Shown: in pieces, positions 53,001-64,000 of the stretch | How the letters are laid out: each line of letters begins with the position of its first letter | Numbering within the stretch: the first letter of the stretch is position 1 | Assembly: GCF_002113885.1 (NCBI RefSeq) | Contig: NW_018406089.1 | Location: forward strand, 1,745,801 to 1,809,800 | Length of the DNA stretch: 64,000 nucleotides | Source: Mizuhopecten yessoensis | Taxonomy: Eukaryota | Direction: 5' to 3' | Position numbers and translations under genes: made by a program | The notes under the pieces: model-generated | The model's input: the letters and a program-made list of their open reading frames with translations, nothing else | Database searches by the model: none | What the model was told of the DNA's origin: nothing

Positions 53001-53857
53001 AGGCTTCTATATTTTCATTAGAAGTTAACAAACAGTACCGCAAGTAATAATGTGGCATACAATACGCTAATACTTGCCCTTAAATGTCCCTTCTGGGTTC
53101 ACTGATGATAGTCTGAGTTTTGAAACTTTGAGGGTAACTGATTAATTCTTAAAGTATTATAATTGTTCTTACGTAAATTGTTTTAAAATTTATGTTACGG
53201 GGTACATGATCAATAATATGATGTAAATTTTAGTATGATGGTATTTTCATAATTTTGTGCAATTTTAATATAGTCTTCTGATATGTAAGTATAATAGTAT
53301 TACACGAAGGTGTTGTGAATCAGAAACAAATATCATATTGAATGCGACACATTACCAATTGAAGTATTTGTGCAAAACTAGCTAGATTGGAACCATAATC
53401 AAATAGCTCTTATATATAATATTTTAATGTAGGTGTCGCCCCGAATGCAAAAACTTCCATAGTTTTCCACGTAGCCATGTCGAGCAGTAAAGCAGTTACT
53501 CCGGATAGCGCAGTGATATATGACCACGAGACGCTGAACAGTGGAGATGGATACAATACAGAGACCGGACTTTACACCGTCCCGGAGTCAGGCCTCTGCG
53601 TCCTCACATGGACCACGATTTGTGAAATAAATGACGCATTCCAGACTGTGCTTGTTGTGGATGAAGCTGTTAGAGGATCATCATGGACAGATGCAAACAA
53701 GACCGTCGAATACCACCAAACTACAGCTGTCGTTGTCTTCACACTGAACCCGGGAGATCATGTCTTTATCCGTATGGGACATGCGTATGGACACGGGAGG
53801 ATAGTGAGTCAAAGCTATATCGGGATATCAACCATCTCAGGATGGAAGCTTGACTAA
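50048..53857 (+). pseudogene. C1qDC gene 3: disrupted exon 1 (~50048-50555) and intact gC1q exon (53433-53857)
   Basis: Both start ATGs lost (GAACGACCACCACG vs GAACGACAAGATGACCACCATG), TAA at 50188-50190, 1-bp deletion near 50327, linker largely deleted. Exon 2 is open from its TAG acceptor to TAA. Confidence 0.85.
52130..53001. mobile_element. HINE/DINE-1-like (Helentron-associated) MITE with ~5 internal ~155-bp tandem repeats
   Basis: Repeat starts at 52158, 52313, 52468, 52621, ~52776, followed by a (GGAC)n microsatellite, hairpin CCCGTT..GACGGG and terminal GTATAAAAA. Confidence 0.8.
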
Positions 53858-54881
53858 AGAATAATTTATTTACAGACTTTTGCGTCGGTAGTAAATTACT
53901 CATACTGCTAATACAATGTATGAGATACTTCAGTATTAGTCGTAGGTTGTATATGGCTGTCTAACGTAAAACAGTATTTAATAAAGAGAGCGTATTTGAC
54001 TCATTCGATAACTGTCCAATCGGAATTAGTGGAAGGGAACTAACTCTAACACTACGCGACAATAAGAACCAGTTTTATTGTTCAGAGACCGAACTGCTCA
54101 CGTCCATATTTAGTTAAACGGCCAGTGTTCCATGGCCGAGGATCTTGCGTTGTTGCCGGGTAAATATATGCATGATAAACGATATATTTCAAAACAAAAT
54201 CAATAACATCTATTTCACGTTCTCACCTCCTAAAGTCAATAAGTTCACCATATTAAAGCCACAACAACCCTTTTTCGTTTATAACCGCCCAAGTCAATCC
54301 AGTGATGTGAGGGAATGATTTCTACACTTAAGATGATGTTGCGGTTATTATGGGTGTATACGACTCGTTCTTCCAGTGTTTATGCCACTGTTAATCGGAA
54401 GTTCACGCACGAATTGTTTACCTCAGTGTAGTTGTTCTTGTTCTAGACACCTGAGCACTCCATTTCATATCATTTTGTTTTAGTATCATATAACAGTGTG
54501 AAATCAACATATAATGTCAATTTTATCAAATGACATAATTTAAAGTATACATAGCAATACTACATTGTATAACAATCAAATTACACGACATTAAGGAGAC
54601 GGATTTACATAAGTACTATGTACTTGTTTCTTGATCCTTTTCTGTATTTATAACCATGTACTATTGTAATTAAACATCATTAAAATAAAGTTTAAACTAA
54701 ATTACACGACATAATAAAATTATCGTATTTAAAATAGTGTAAGCAGCTGTTCATATTATAACAACGCCATAACCCGACGAAATAGTAGAATAGTGATGGT
54801 AGCCTATGATATATAAATAAAAACATACTTTTTAAAGTGCAGACACTGTATATCATTAAAGTCATTGCTACAAGACAACTA

Positions 54882-55085
54882 CTGTATACCGGAAAATGTT
54901 CGCCCAATCAAACTTTCGCCCTTCGCCCATAAAATCATTTCCCCCAAGCATTAACTTCGCTCTTTACATTTAATCACTATTTATTTCATTAAGTTTTTTA
55001 TATGCTGTAATGATAAATTTGCCATCATGACCGAGGGCGAAATAAGGCGAAAGTTATACTGCAGCGAAAATTTCCCGGTGTACAG
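54882..55085. mobile_element. Tc1/mariner-like MITE with TA TSD
   Basis: TA|CTGTATACCGGAAAATGTTCGC ... GCGAAAATTTCCCGGTGTACAG|TA. Confidence 0.8.
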
Positions 55086-55247
55086 TATGTCTTTCCATAT
55101 CAACAGATATCGTCAAAATTCAGATTGATTACTCCCTTGTCTAGCCTTGACCGCTGCTATCGTCGTTATAAGGTAAAACTGGTACAAATGATAAGATAAG
55201 AGAAACGTAGGTTTAAACTGTACATGTAAACAAGTGTGAAGGATAGG

Positions 55248-57797
55248 ATGGCCGCCATGCTTGAGAAATTCGTACTTGTCATATATGTGACCGGTACTTT
55301 CGGACATATGATAACAAACCAGCCTGACGCCGGGAACCCATCCCTAAAGTCGCATGGCTTTGATCCTGATAACCCGCCTCTAACTCAGAGGCACCTGGAC
55401 CCCGATATTCCACTTCAACAATGGCAGGACCTTGTAACCTTTGTAAACGAGAACATTAAGGGTATGAAACAACTATTGACAAAAAAGGACGAGCAAATAG
55501 ATCTACTAATATTAAACATAGCCGGTCAGACGACTGAAATCCAGCAGCTTAAACAGGGGGTGACGTCAGTTGAGAAAGAATTATCACAGAACGATGAAAT
55601 TGTCGACACACTATTGGCAAGAATATCAGACTTAGAGAGAATCGTAATATCTGATACCACCCCAAGTGAACGTGAATCGAGGCAAAATATTAGATCTCAA
55701 CTTCCTAGAACTTACCACAAAAATAGACTTGGATTAGGTAAATCCTTTGACTCTAAATCTGGATCTTCTGTTAAGAAAATGTCTGCCGCACAACTCCCCA
55801 TTCCGGAATCCACTAACCATCAAAATGTTAGTATCATGCCGACTCACTCTAAACCTCGCATCGAAAATGACAATGAACGTGTCCTGAATCAATCCGACGA
55901 GGAAGAAACTGTTGCACAAAACGAGAACGAGTCGACATCAAAGATATCGAGATTCCAACACAAAGGTAAGAACACTATAAATAATGTGATAAATACGAAG
56001 CATTATCAAAATGTGTCCTGTGAACTTTGTTCAGTCTAATTAGAGAAAATGTTAATAGCATTTCATATTTTAGTAGATTCAATAAAAAATGAGTAGTGTT
56101 AGTAGGCATGGCATTCATTTTACTTCATGGTCCCCTTACATGTACCATAGTCGACAACTCTAACTATACTTTGGACACTTTCTATCGCCATGATTATAGC
56201 TTTGATATATCATTTCTGAAAGAAAATTCATCCTTATGAAGGATTTGAACACTAGCCCTCCAATTATTATAATGTCTCTCTAACTAACTATAGTACATGA
56301 TCAACGATTTGACCCTTATCCAATCGCACTTCAGTTATATCCTAATTGAAGTTAAGGAAGGGCTTTTTTATGTACAAAAACTCAATTGTCTTGTGTGTTT
56401 TACCTTAAGTCGGACTGGAATCGTTATTTAAGAAAACTAAGGTATATTGTAATATGTTCGTTTCACTTCTCCTTTCCGGTCATTTTTGTCTATACATGCA
56501 ACAGTTACTTTTTTCAATCCAGGAGGTAAAGCTAACGTAAAAGGTACCAAATGTAAACATAAGATTTCTCAAAAGTTTGGAAGAAAATTCGTCAGTTTTG
56601 ACCAAAATAAGTGCGAATTAAATAATCATATCACCCGTTTTTGAAACGAACCTGTAAGCATAATTTACACAAAACTGGTTATAATATAAGATAAAGCAAT
56701 GTTTGTTATATAATGATAACGCTGTATTCGTGTAAAGTTGAGAATAAAGCTGTATGCAAATAATGTCACTATATATTTGTGTTATCGTCTTTTAGGAAAT
56801 AGAAGTACCACAGGGACCTCAGAAATGGTTACAGCTATTTGTAGACATAAACTGAGGTAATCAAAGTGATATTTCATGTTTTAGGTTTTTGGAACAACCT
56901 CGGTAAAAATGCCACCCAAAATTATGATATATACAAGAAGGGGGAAAGGCTCTCAATTTCAAAAAATCGAACCCACCTAAAGGTTTAGTTGGTGTACAAA
57001 CAATCTTTTGTACCATTGACAAGATTGGTAATTCTTTTCATTAAGAAACCTTCTACTTCCGCAGACTGACTCTTCGTTTACTCCGACATCACACACCATT
57101 TCGATCTTTCAAAGCTGCCGCAGTCAAAGAGCCACCTTTTCCATATGCATCAGGTTAACGCCATGCTCAAACATCTAGATCTAGGTCCCTTGGTCCAAAT
57201 ATAGCTGTAACAAATTATCATGTCCCCGTGAACGGTATTGTGCAAACACGTTTATTAGGTTCAAAGTCATAAATATAGTATATGCCTAAGTATTGCTAGT
57301 AATATCACTCCTAACGCATTGGGATAACATCACTAGCATACCACTGTAAAGTCTTTTGTTGTATTGTAGGATCTACGACGCCTTCTGCTCGGCAAACCAT
57401 TGCGTTCCACGTGGTCCTCTCCAAGGACAATTTTGTTTCTAATGATGACGTAGTAGTGTATGATAACGAGACGCTGGACATTGGATACGGATACAACCCG
57501 AGGAACGGGGTGTACGTAGTACCGGAGGCAGGCACCTACGTCTTCACGTGGACGTCTATCTGCTACGGACAAGAAGAATTGCAAACAGTTCTGGTGGTTA
57601 ATTCAGCCGTGCGAGGATCATCATGGACAGATTCTGAGTTGTCAAAAGACATCCATCAAACTACAGCTGTTGTCGTCCTCACACTAAACCAGAGAGATCA
57701 TGTCTTCATCCGTATGGGGCCTCTCTATGGGCACGGGGTGTTGCTGAGTCGAACCGACGTGGCAGTGTCTACCTTCTCAGGATGGAAACTTGATTGA
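55248..57797 (+). CDS. C1qDC gene 4, ~381 aa; exons 55248-55965 and 57370-57797
   Basis: Signal peptide, three 12-aa repeats, coiled coil, linker, phase-1 GTAAGA..TAG intron, intact gC1q ending STFSGWKLD. Confidence 0.92.
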
Positions 57798-60364
57798 GCA
57801 ATCAAGTTATTTTTAAAAGAAAAAGGAATAATTCAATACATTTTTATCTGATCGAAATGTGTTTGTTATTTTTTTTCAATGAATCAGACTGTGAATATCA
57901 GCTTCAATCAATGCTTGGTTCAAGATCCTTATTCAGGAGTTGTCGCTAAAGTATTCTCTGCAGTTTCTCTTTAATATAATCGTATTTTTTCATATGTGAT
58001 TTATCGATGGAAAGTGAAAGTGGAAATAATTAATTATCTTTGTAAGCTTAAAATAAATTAAATTACAGTTTATCCAGAAATGATTTACTAAAGGAAGGTC
58101 ATTCTTGGAAATGTGAAAATGTATAGTTACAGTTTTTAGCATGGTACACGGATACTTAACGGTATAGGATATTGTTTTTCTATCAGTGTTTCGCTAATCG
58201 TGAGGGATAACTCTCTTAGTATTTGGCTAACTTTACTTTAAGTTACTTAAATCAATGTTTGACTAACTGCATGAAATACCTAACGACGGACACTGTCGCT
58301 AGTGTTTTGCATTCAAACAAATGAAAACATCTGCCTTATACAATTTGAGGGTGTGGCTGTTTGCAATATAAGCTCTTTGAAATATTATTTTCAAAATCGT
58401 GTTATGAAATAAATCGAGCGCATACCTGTTTAAAAGCAGATATCAATGATATCATGTTCAACACGTTAACATGATGTAGACAGCAATTAATTTTCTTTAC
58501 ACGTCGCAGTCCAGTTCGTATTAGTGCCTATCGCTAATATCAACAGAAACAAAAGCATTACAACTAACGTCCTAACGTCCTAAATTCGTTCTCAGTAACT
58601 ATCGTTAATTTTCACTAAATCGAGATTTGCGACTCCAAATGTTACCTCGAATCAATCCACATTTTTTGTTTGTAGGTTTGTTTTAAGGGAATATACGGTA
58701 AAATGGGAATCGTTATCACATATCCTAAAAATTTGAAATAATTTGATAAGTTGTTGATTTGATATTCTTTAATTGATGGATGAATGCAAACAATGAAAAT
58801 TAAATATTGATAATAAAACGAAATCATCAAAAAAACAACACGTGGCATAATTTAATTCTTCGCAAATCAATTAATTAAGGATCTTTTCAGCAAAAGATTT
58901 AATGATGATTGAACCAAAGGAATAGATAGTGTAACAATAACAAATATTTTGTTAAAAAATCGATGTCAACAACAGCATAAAAATCCTCAAAGTCATTCAT
59001 TCAATGGAACTCTTTCTTGCTCGCTGCATCCTGAAAAAAGTACTGCAGTCCAACATATTACATTATTCATTGCTTTTCTCCTTTGACCACCCTTTCTTCT
59101 TGTACATAGTACATCGTTTTAACCGTTTAAGTTATTTTCAAATGCATAAGATTGAAAGCATCAACACTAATCCAAGTCTGATATACAACAGTTTGATTAC
59201 AGCATATTTAGAAATATGTCGTGTTACAATAACTTTTTTAATCATAAAAGCTATGAATCTTATCAGTGACGGTGTGTTATATTAACTGGAAATGAGAAAT
59301 ATGCAACCAGAATTTAAAACAAAAAAACACACCAGTACTAATTGCATCATGCAGATTTCCATTGTTTTCGTTGGTTGAATGATTCATCAAATAGCTTCTG
59401 TGTGTACATATTGTAGAAACAATTGGTTCGATGACCAGTCATAGCACTTCAGTGTAACGGGTGATGTAGCTGTCACAGTTCCCCTGATGACGTAATATGT
59501 GTTCAATATCACTGACAAATAACTACATATATTAAATCAACTCGTGTCATCGGTGAACTGATCTCGACATAGGGGAGGGGGTGGTATTATGCAGTATGAA
59601 CGACATGTCTTCTTCCAAACACTTTTATAGCAAAAGAGAGCGCAAATATAAGAGCCATGCACTGAGGAGTGGATCTAAATCAACAAGTAGGGTGCTATTA
59701 TGCAGTACTTCAATAACAAAAAGAGAGTGAAACTATAAGAGACATGCACTGAAAGAGAGGATCTGAATCAACAATACGTCATTTTAACCCTGAGAATTCA
59801 GTCAGGAAACACACTTATAAGGCAAAACAAACTGGAATATTCTATACCTGCCTTTTTGTTAGGCAGTCCGATCTGTTTTAAGATATTCATTTTGATAGTG
59901 AACTCCGAAATGTTCAGGTTCTACTAGATGTTCTATACTAGTATTTTTCCTCTCACTTTTACCCGTCCTGGCAATGTTCTCATGAAATATTTCTGATAGT
60001 CAGGCTAAACACTCGTGTTTACTTTTATAGATTGGTTTACCTGTCTTAGTACTATTATCCTTCGGTAGGAAGCATGCTAAAATATTTAGACTAAATTGCA
60101 TATATAATTTTTCCTAGACTGTGCCCAAAAATACAAATCGGTGTCCATCGTAGCAAAGGCTGAAATTGGAAAAAATATGTTTTCTTTATCAGGACGTTCT
60201 TGTTATCGTTTTAAAAGATAATTCTGATTCGGTTTTGTGCAACCGACTCTGAATATCATTGAAAATCGTCATCTAATGGAAGAACTGACTTCATATATAA
60301 TCAGTTATGTTGAAGCAATTGTTTACTAGAACTTAATATTTGGTATCCTAGCAACAAAGCTATA

Positions 60365-61038
60365 TCAGGCTTGAGCTCCTAACGTTGAGACACTTTGGAT
60401 TTCCATCACGTTTCTTTCTTCCCTGAATGTCACGCGTTTATCAGTAGACGCCGCCTGCTTTTTCGACCCAGCTTTATCAACTTTGTTTTGTTTCGCTGGA
60501 GTCTTCTGTGGCATCGGTGATTTAGCAGTTTTTTGCGAATTCTGAGTTTTCGAAGCACCTTGTTTTTTATTTTTAGCTTCAGCAGAGATTGTACTGGCAT
60601 GAACTCTAGACGGTGAATTGTTACCTGACTGTTGTGAGTATTTGTCCGTATTTTTGTCTGTCTGTGGCGCTTCATCTACGTTAATTACAACACTTCGTTC
60701 CTTTTGTGTGTTTGAACTATTGTTTGTCCCTTGTTGCTGGTTTGCTCTTCTGGTTTTAGCAGACCAGATCCGGAACAAGTTCCTGGAGGTCTTTTTGCTT
60801 TTGTCTTTCTTTTTCATCTGTATGATGGCCAGTCGAGCTCGGATGAGTCCTTTGGTGTGGTCGCTTACGTCGCTGGCATCGTCACGAAGCACGTGCCGGT
60901 CGTAACACATATCGGCTATTTTTGCGACGACGACGGAAATAATGATGGCGGCGATGATAATGCAGACTGTGGCGATGAGTTTAGTTGATGCATCGTAATT
61001 TGTACCCGAAGATCCAGATGACGACGTTGTATTGCTTC
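60365..61038 (-). CDS. Terminal exon of an uncharacterised single-pass membrane protein
   Basis: Polypyrimidine acceptor (TTTTTATTTTTATTTTTAG) at 61039, Ser/Thr-rich stalk, TM helix LIATVCIIIAAIIISVVVA, long Lys/Gln/Ser-rich tail, TGA at 60365. Upstream exons not identified. Confidence 0.75.
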
Positions 61039-64000
61039 CTAAAAATAAAAATAAAAAAGTTGTTATAACAAAAATTGTTGTACAATGCACCTGTCCACTG
61101 TGCACGTTTTACCAAAGAGTTTATTCATAGAAATGGAATTACGACAAAGAGCTTGCCAGCCCAAAGCCTAGATATTAATACAATCGAAATTTGGGCCACA
61201 ATAGCAACCTTCAATATTCAAATTGACGTTGTCTTTTACCTTTAAGTTTGTTTGATGTTTTTATTTTGTATCAGCAGCAACCTACACCAACATGTTCGTG
61301 AAATCAGGAACATCTGGCTAGACGCTATCACTCCAGTCAATGTTGAATGCCTGTACCGATGATTCGCTGAAAGGCCTCTCACAGAGTACTAAGTAAGTTG
61401 TCATTATTTACTATAATTTCTGAATCGCATTTATTATGTTTGACAGTTGACATATTTTCCGTAACGATAGTAAACATGCCGCCATCTTATCAGAATAATA
61501 TATAAAATCATACTGGACATTGATGGTGCGGTCAGGGTTTGTATGACCAGTGAAATGTTTGAGCCATCGGCATTATTGATCAAATTAACGAAACGGAACT
61601 AAACTATATTAAACATGTAAAATATACGCTGATACTTAAGGACTTTTTGATTGTTCATACCGATATGAAACACGCAACAAACATATATTTATTATCTTTG
61701 GAGATATATGTCGTACATATAACTAAGAATTGTACACAAGAATTGCACTCCTTTAAAAGTATCTGGCAAATTTTAACTGATTTGTATACAAGAGTTATTC
61801 CCCTTAAACTGTATCCGGCACGAAGTGCATGTAACTGTTATTTGTATACCAGAGTGACTCCCCTTTAAATGTATAATTCAACCGTTATTCTCCTTCAAAG
61901 TTTTCTGACATAAGGTAACTGATTTGCATACAACAGTTTCGCCTCTTTTGGCAATGGGATACGTATCAAGGAATGGTAGCACATATAACGTTAATAACTT
62001 CATTATATTGAAGTATCTCAAGTCTTACAAAAATATACGGTATACCATGATGATTCGCTAATAAGCCTCGGCTTATTTTCATTTTTAGACAATAAGCCTT
62101 CACTTACGTGTTTTAATGCCTTCTTTTAAAGCATCAAAAGTATTAAATCACGCAGTCGTTTTTAACAAAAAACAATTGTTTTCTTTTATCAAATTGTTGC
62201 AATTTAAAACATGTAATCTGTTTAGATTTTTAAACAGTTAAGGCTTCGTTTTGAGTTACAAATACAAATACAATTGAACTTTTCCACTATCGTCACGACC
62301 CCTCTTACATGTTTGTTTACCTGTGCTCGAACATTGGAATCTGCAATTCGGTATTAAATTTCTTTCCAAATCTTCAAATCATATTTTTTAGGATTTAAAC
62401 ACGAACAGTGAATTATATTCCTTGTACACGCATACACGAAATGAAACGTTCGCGAAAAAGAAATAATCTACCGAAAGGTCGAGAATTACTTTAGGTTACA
62501 TACATAACTTGAGGCAATGTCACAAGTCCAATATTGCCTAGTACCAAAATAACTATACTGTATTCTCTTAAAATGCATAACATCTACAATTTTAAACCTT
62601 TCATAAAGTCTATGTATTTATAGTTACCAAAATCGTGCTTTGTACTCTCAAAACTACTTGTAAAGGAAGTCCTTTCTGCTGAACTACCACAAGGTTCAAT
62701 AATAGACCCTTGCTTTTCTGCTGTACTTCAATAACATAACTAATATTGCTGTCAGTTTCTTTCGTTTATTTGTTTATGTTACTACATTATCTCTCTCAGC
62801 ATATTCAGATTACAAAAAGAAATCACTATCTATAACGACCAATCGGAAACCAACAATTACCAGAAAAAAAAATTGTGTTACTTTCAATCCGAGTAAAAAA
62901 AACACACTCCTTAGTTACAATATTAATGCTAAAATGGATATCAAATTGATGTTTACTAATACAAAAATGCTTTTAACTGTATTTCTGCAATAATTAACGA
63001 CACGAAATGTAATGCATTAAGATATGCAAACGAAGTTGATTCAGGAGCAAGCACAGTATGTTTTTTACGAAACCGTACGTCTTATTCCCTCAACAGGCCT
63101 TATGATAGATTATTTAATAACACGGGCACATTGAAAACCGATAAAAATACGGAAAGGTACAAGCATCAAAATGAAGGAGTATTTATTATGCAGTAAGTTA
63201 AGTAAAACAAACAAAAAATAAACGGAAAAACATCAGTAATAATTGCGTGTGCAATGCTGTTTAGAATGATTGGACTATAACTTTGAACTAAGTGAAGTTC
63301 AATGGTTAAATGGTTATGATCATATGCCATGAACGGTATTATAGATACAATTGTAGAAAATGAAGCCGAAGAATAGAAGGGGCCCTCCACTGTAATGTTA
63401 AAAAATACAGTAAAATCTTCAATGAACCAGTAATTTTCAAAACCATAATGCAGTTACTGTACATGTATACATGCCTTATCTATGGAAAAATATTGATCTT
63501 ATCCTAATCTTCAGTTAAAAAGGAGGTTAATCACATTCATGAGAATGTGAAGTCTATAAACTGTACTGTAGACGACTTATATGATGGACTACATGTTGGA
63601 CATTGGCATATCGATTTATACACATTTAATTGTGGGAATTCTAAAACATTAAGTCCTTTAGTAAACGAATAACGTTTAACATGAACAACAACTCCGCCAC
63701 ATAATCATTTCAGCCTATAGTAACAGCATGGGTTAGAAAATCATTTAAATCGAATTCCATGTGTACTTATTTCGTCAAAGTGAAGCTAAGTTTCAATGAA
63801 CGATGACGAGGTGGTGACTTTATATTGTAGCTCAACAATCGGTTTGAGACACCGGAAGTAAAGGTGTACAGAGAATATTCAAAATTATCAAATGTGTCGC
63901 CATGATAGGATTCAGATCCAGGGTTTGTAACAGCGTCCCCACAAGTATAAAGAAAAATGTATCGACAACCCTACAGTTTATATCATCATAAGTATAACAG

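Noticed and set aside
60618-60988. Plus-strand ORFs
   Set aside because: Antisense shadows of the minus-strand coding exon.
63166-63390. Possible upstream exon of the membrane-protein gene
   Set aside because: An acceptor-like site is present but there is no clear donor or recognisable domain.

Overview
AT-rich, intron-containing animal genomic DNA, most consistent with a bivalve mollusc (C1qDC tandem array, HINE-type MITEs, tRNA-SINEs). From left to right: (1) the 5' part of an IS3EU-type DNA transposon with a spliced, frameshifted DDE transposase (1-1928, -); (2) a five-coding-exon ERG/FLI1-subfamily ETS transcription factor with PNT and ETS domains (5439-20559, -, ~402 aa), whose introns carry a ~100-copy 41-bp satellite and a GATA-rich 60-bp hierarchical minisatellite, plus a candidate upstream promoter dense in ETS/NF-kB/KLF/E-box motifs (~27.6-27.9 kb); (3) a tandem array of four two-exon secreted coiled-coil C1q-domain (C1qDC) genes on + (35.6-57.8 kb): three intact and one with a destroyed exon 1 but an intact gC1q exon, with a recent ~6-7.5 kb segmental duplication, mosaic ancestry and hypervariable gC1q loops; (4) the last exon of an unknown single-pass membrane protein (60365-61038, -). 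Many interspersed repeats are present, including non-autonomous IS3EU elements with 6-bp TSDs, SINEs, MITEs, a Penelope GIY-YIG remnant and a minimal hammerhead ribozyme. All calls were made by eye from the sequence; no database searches were run.
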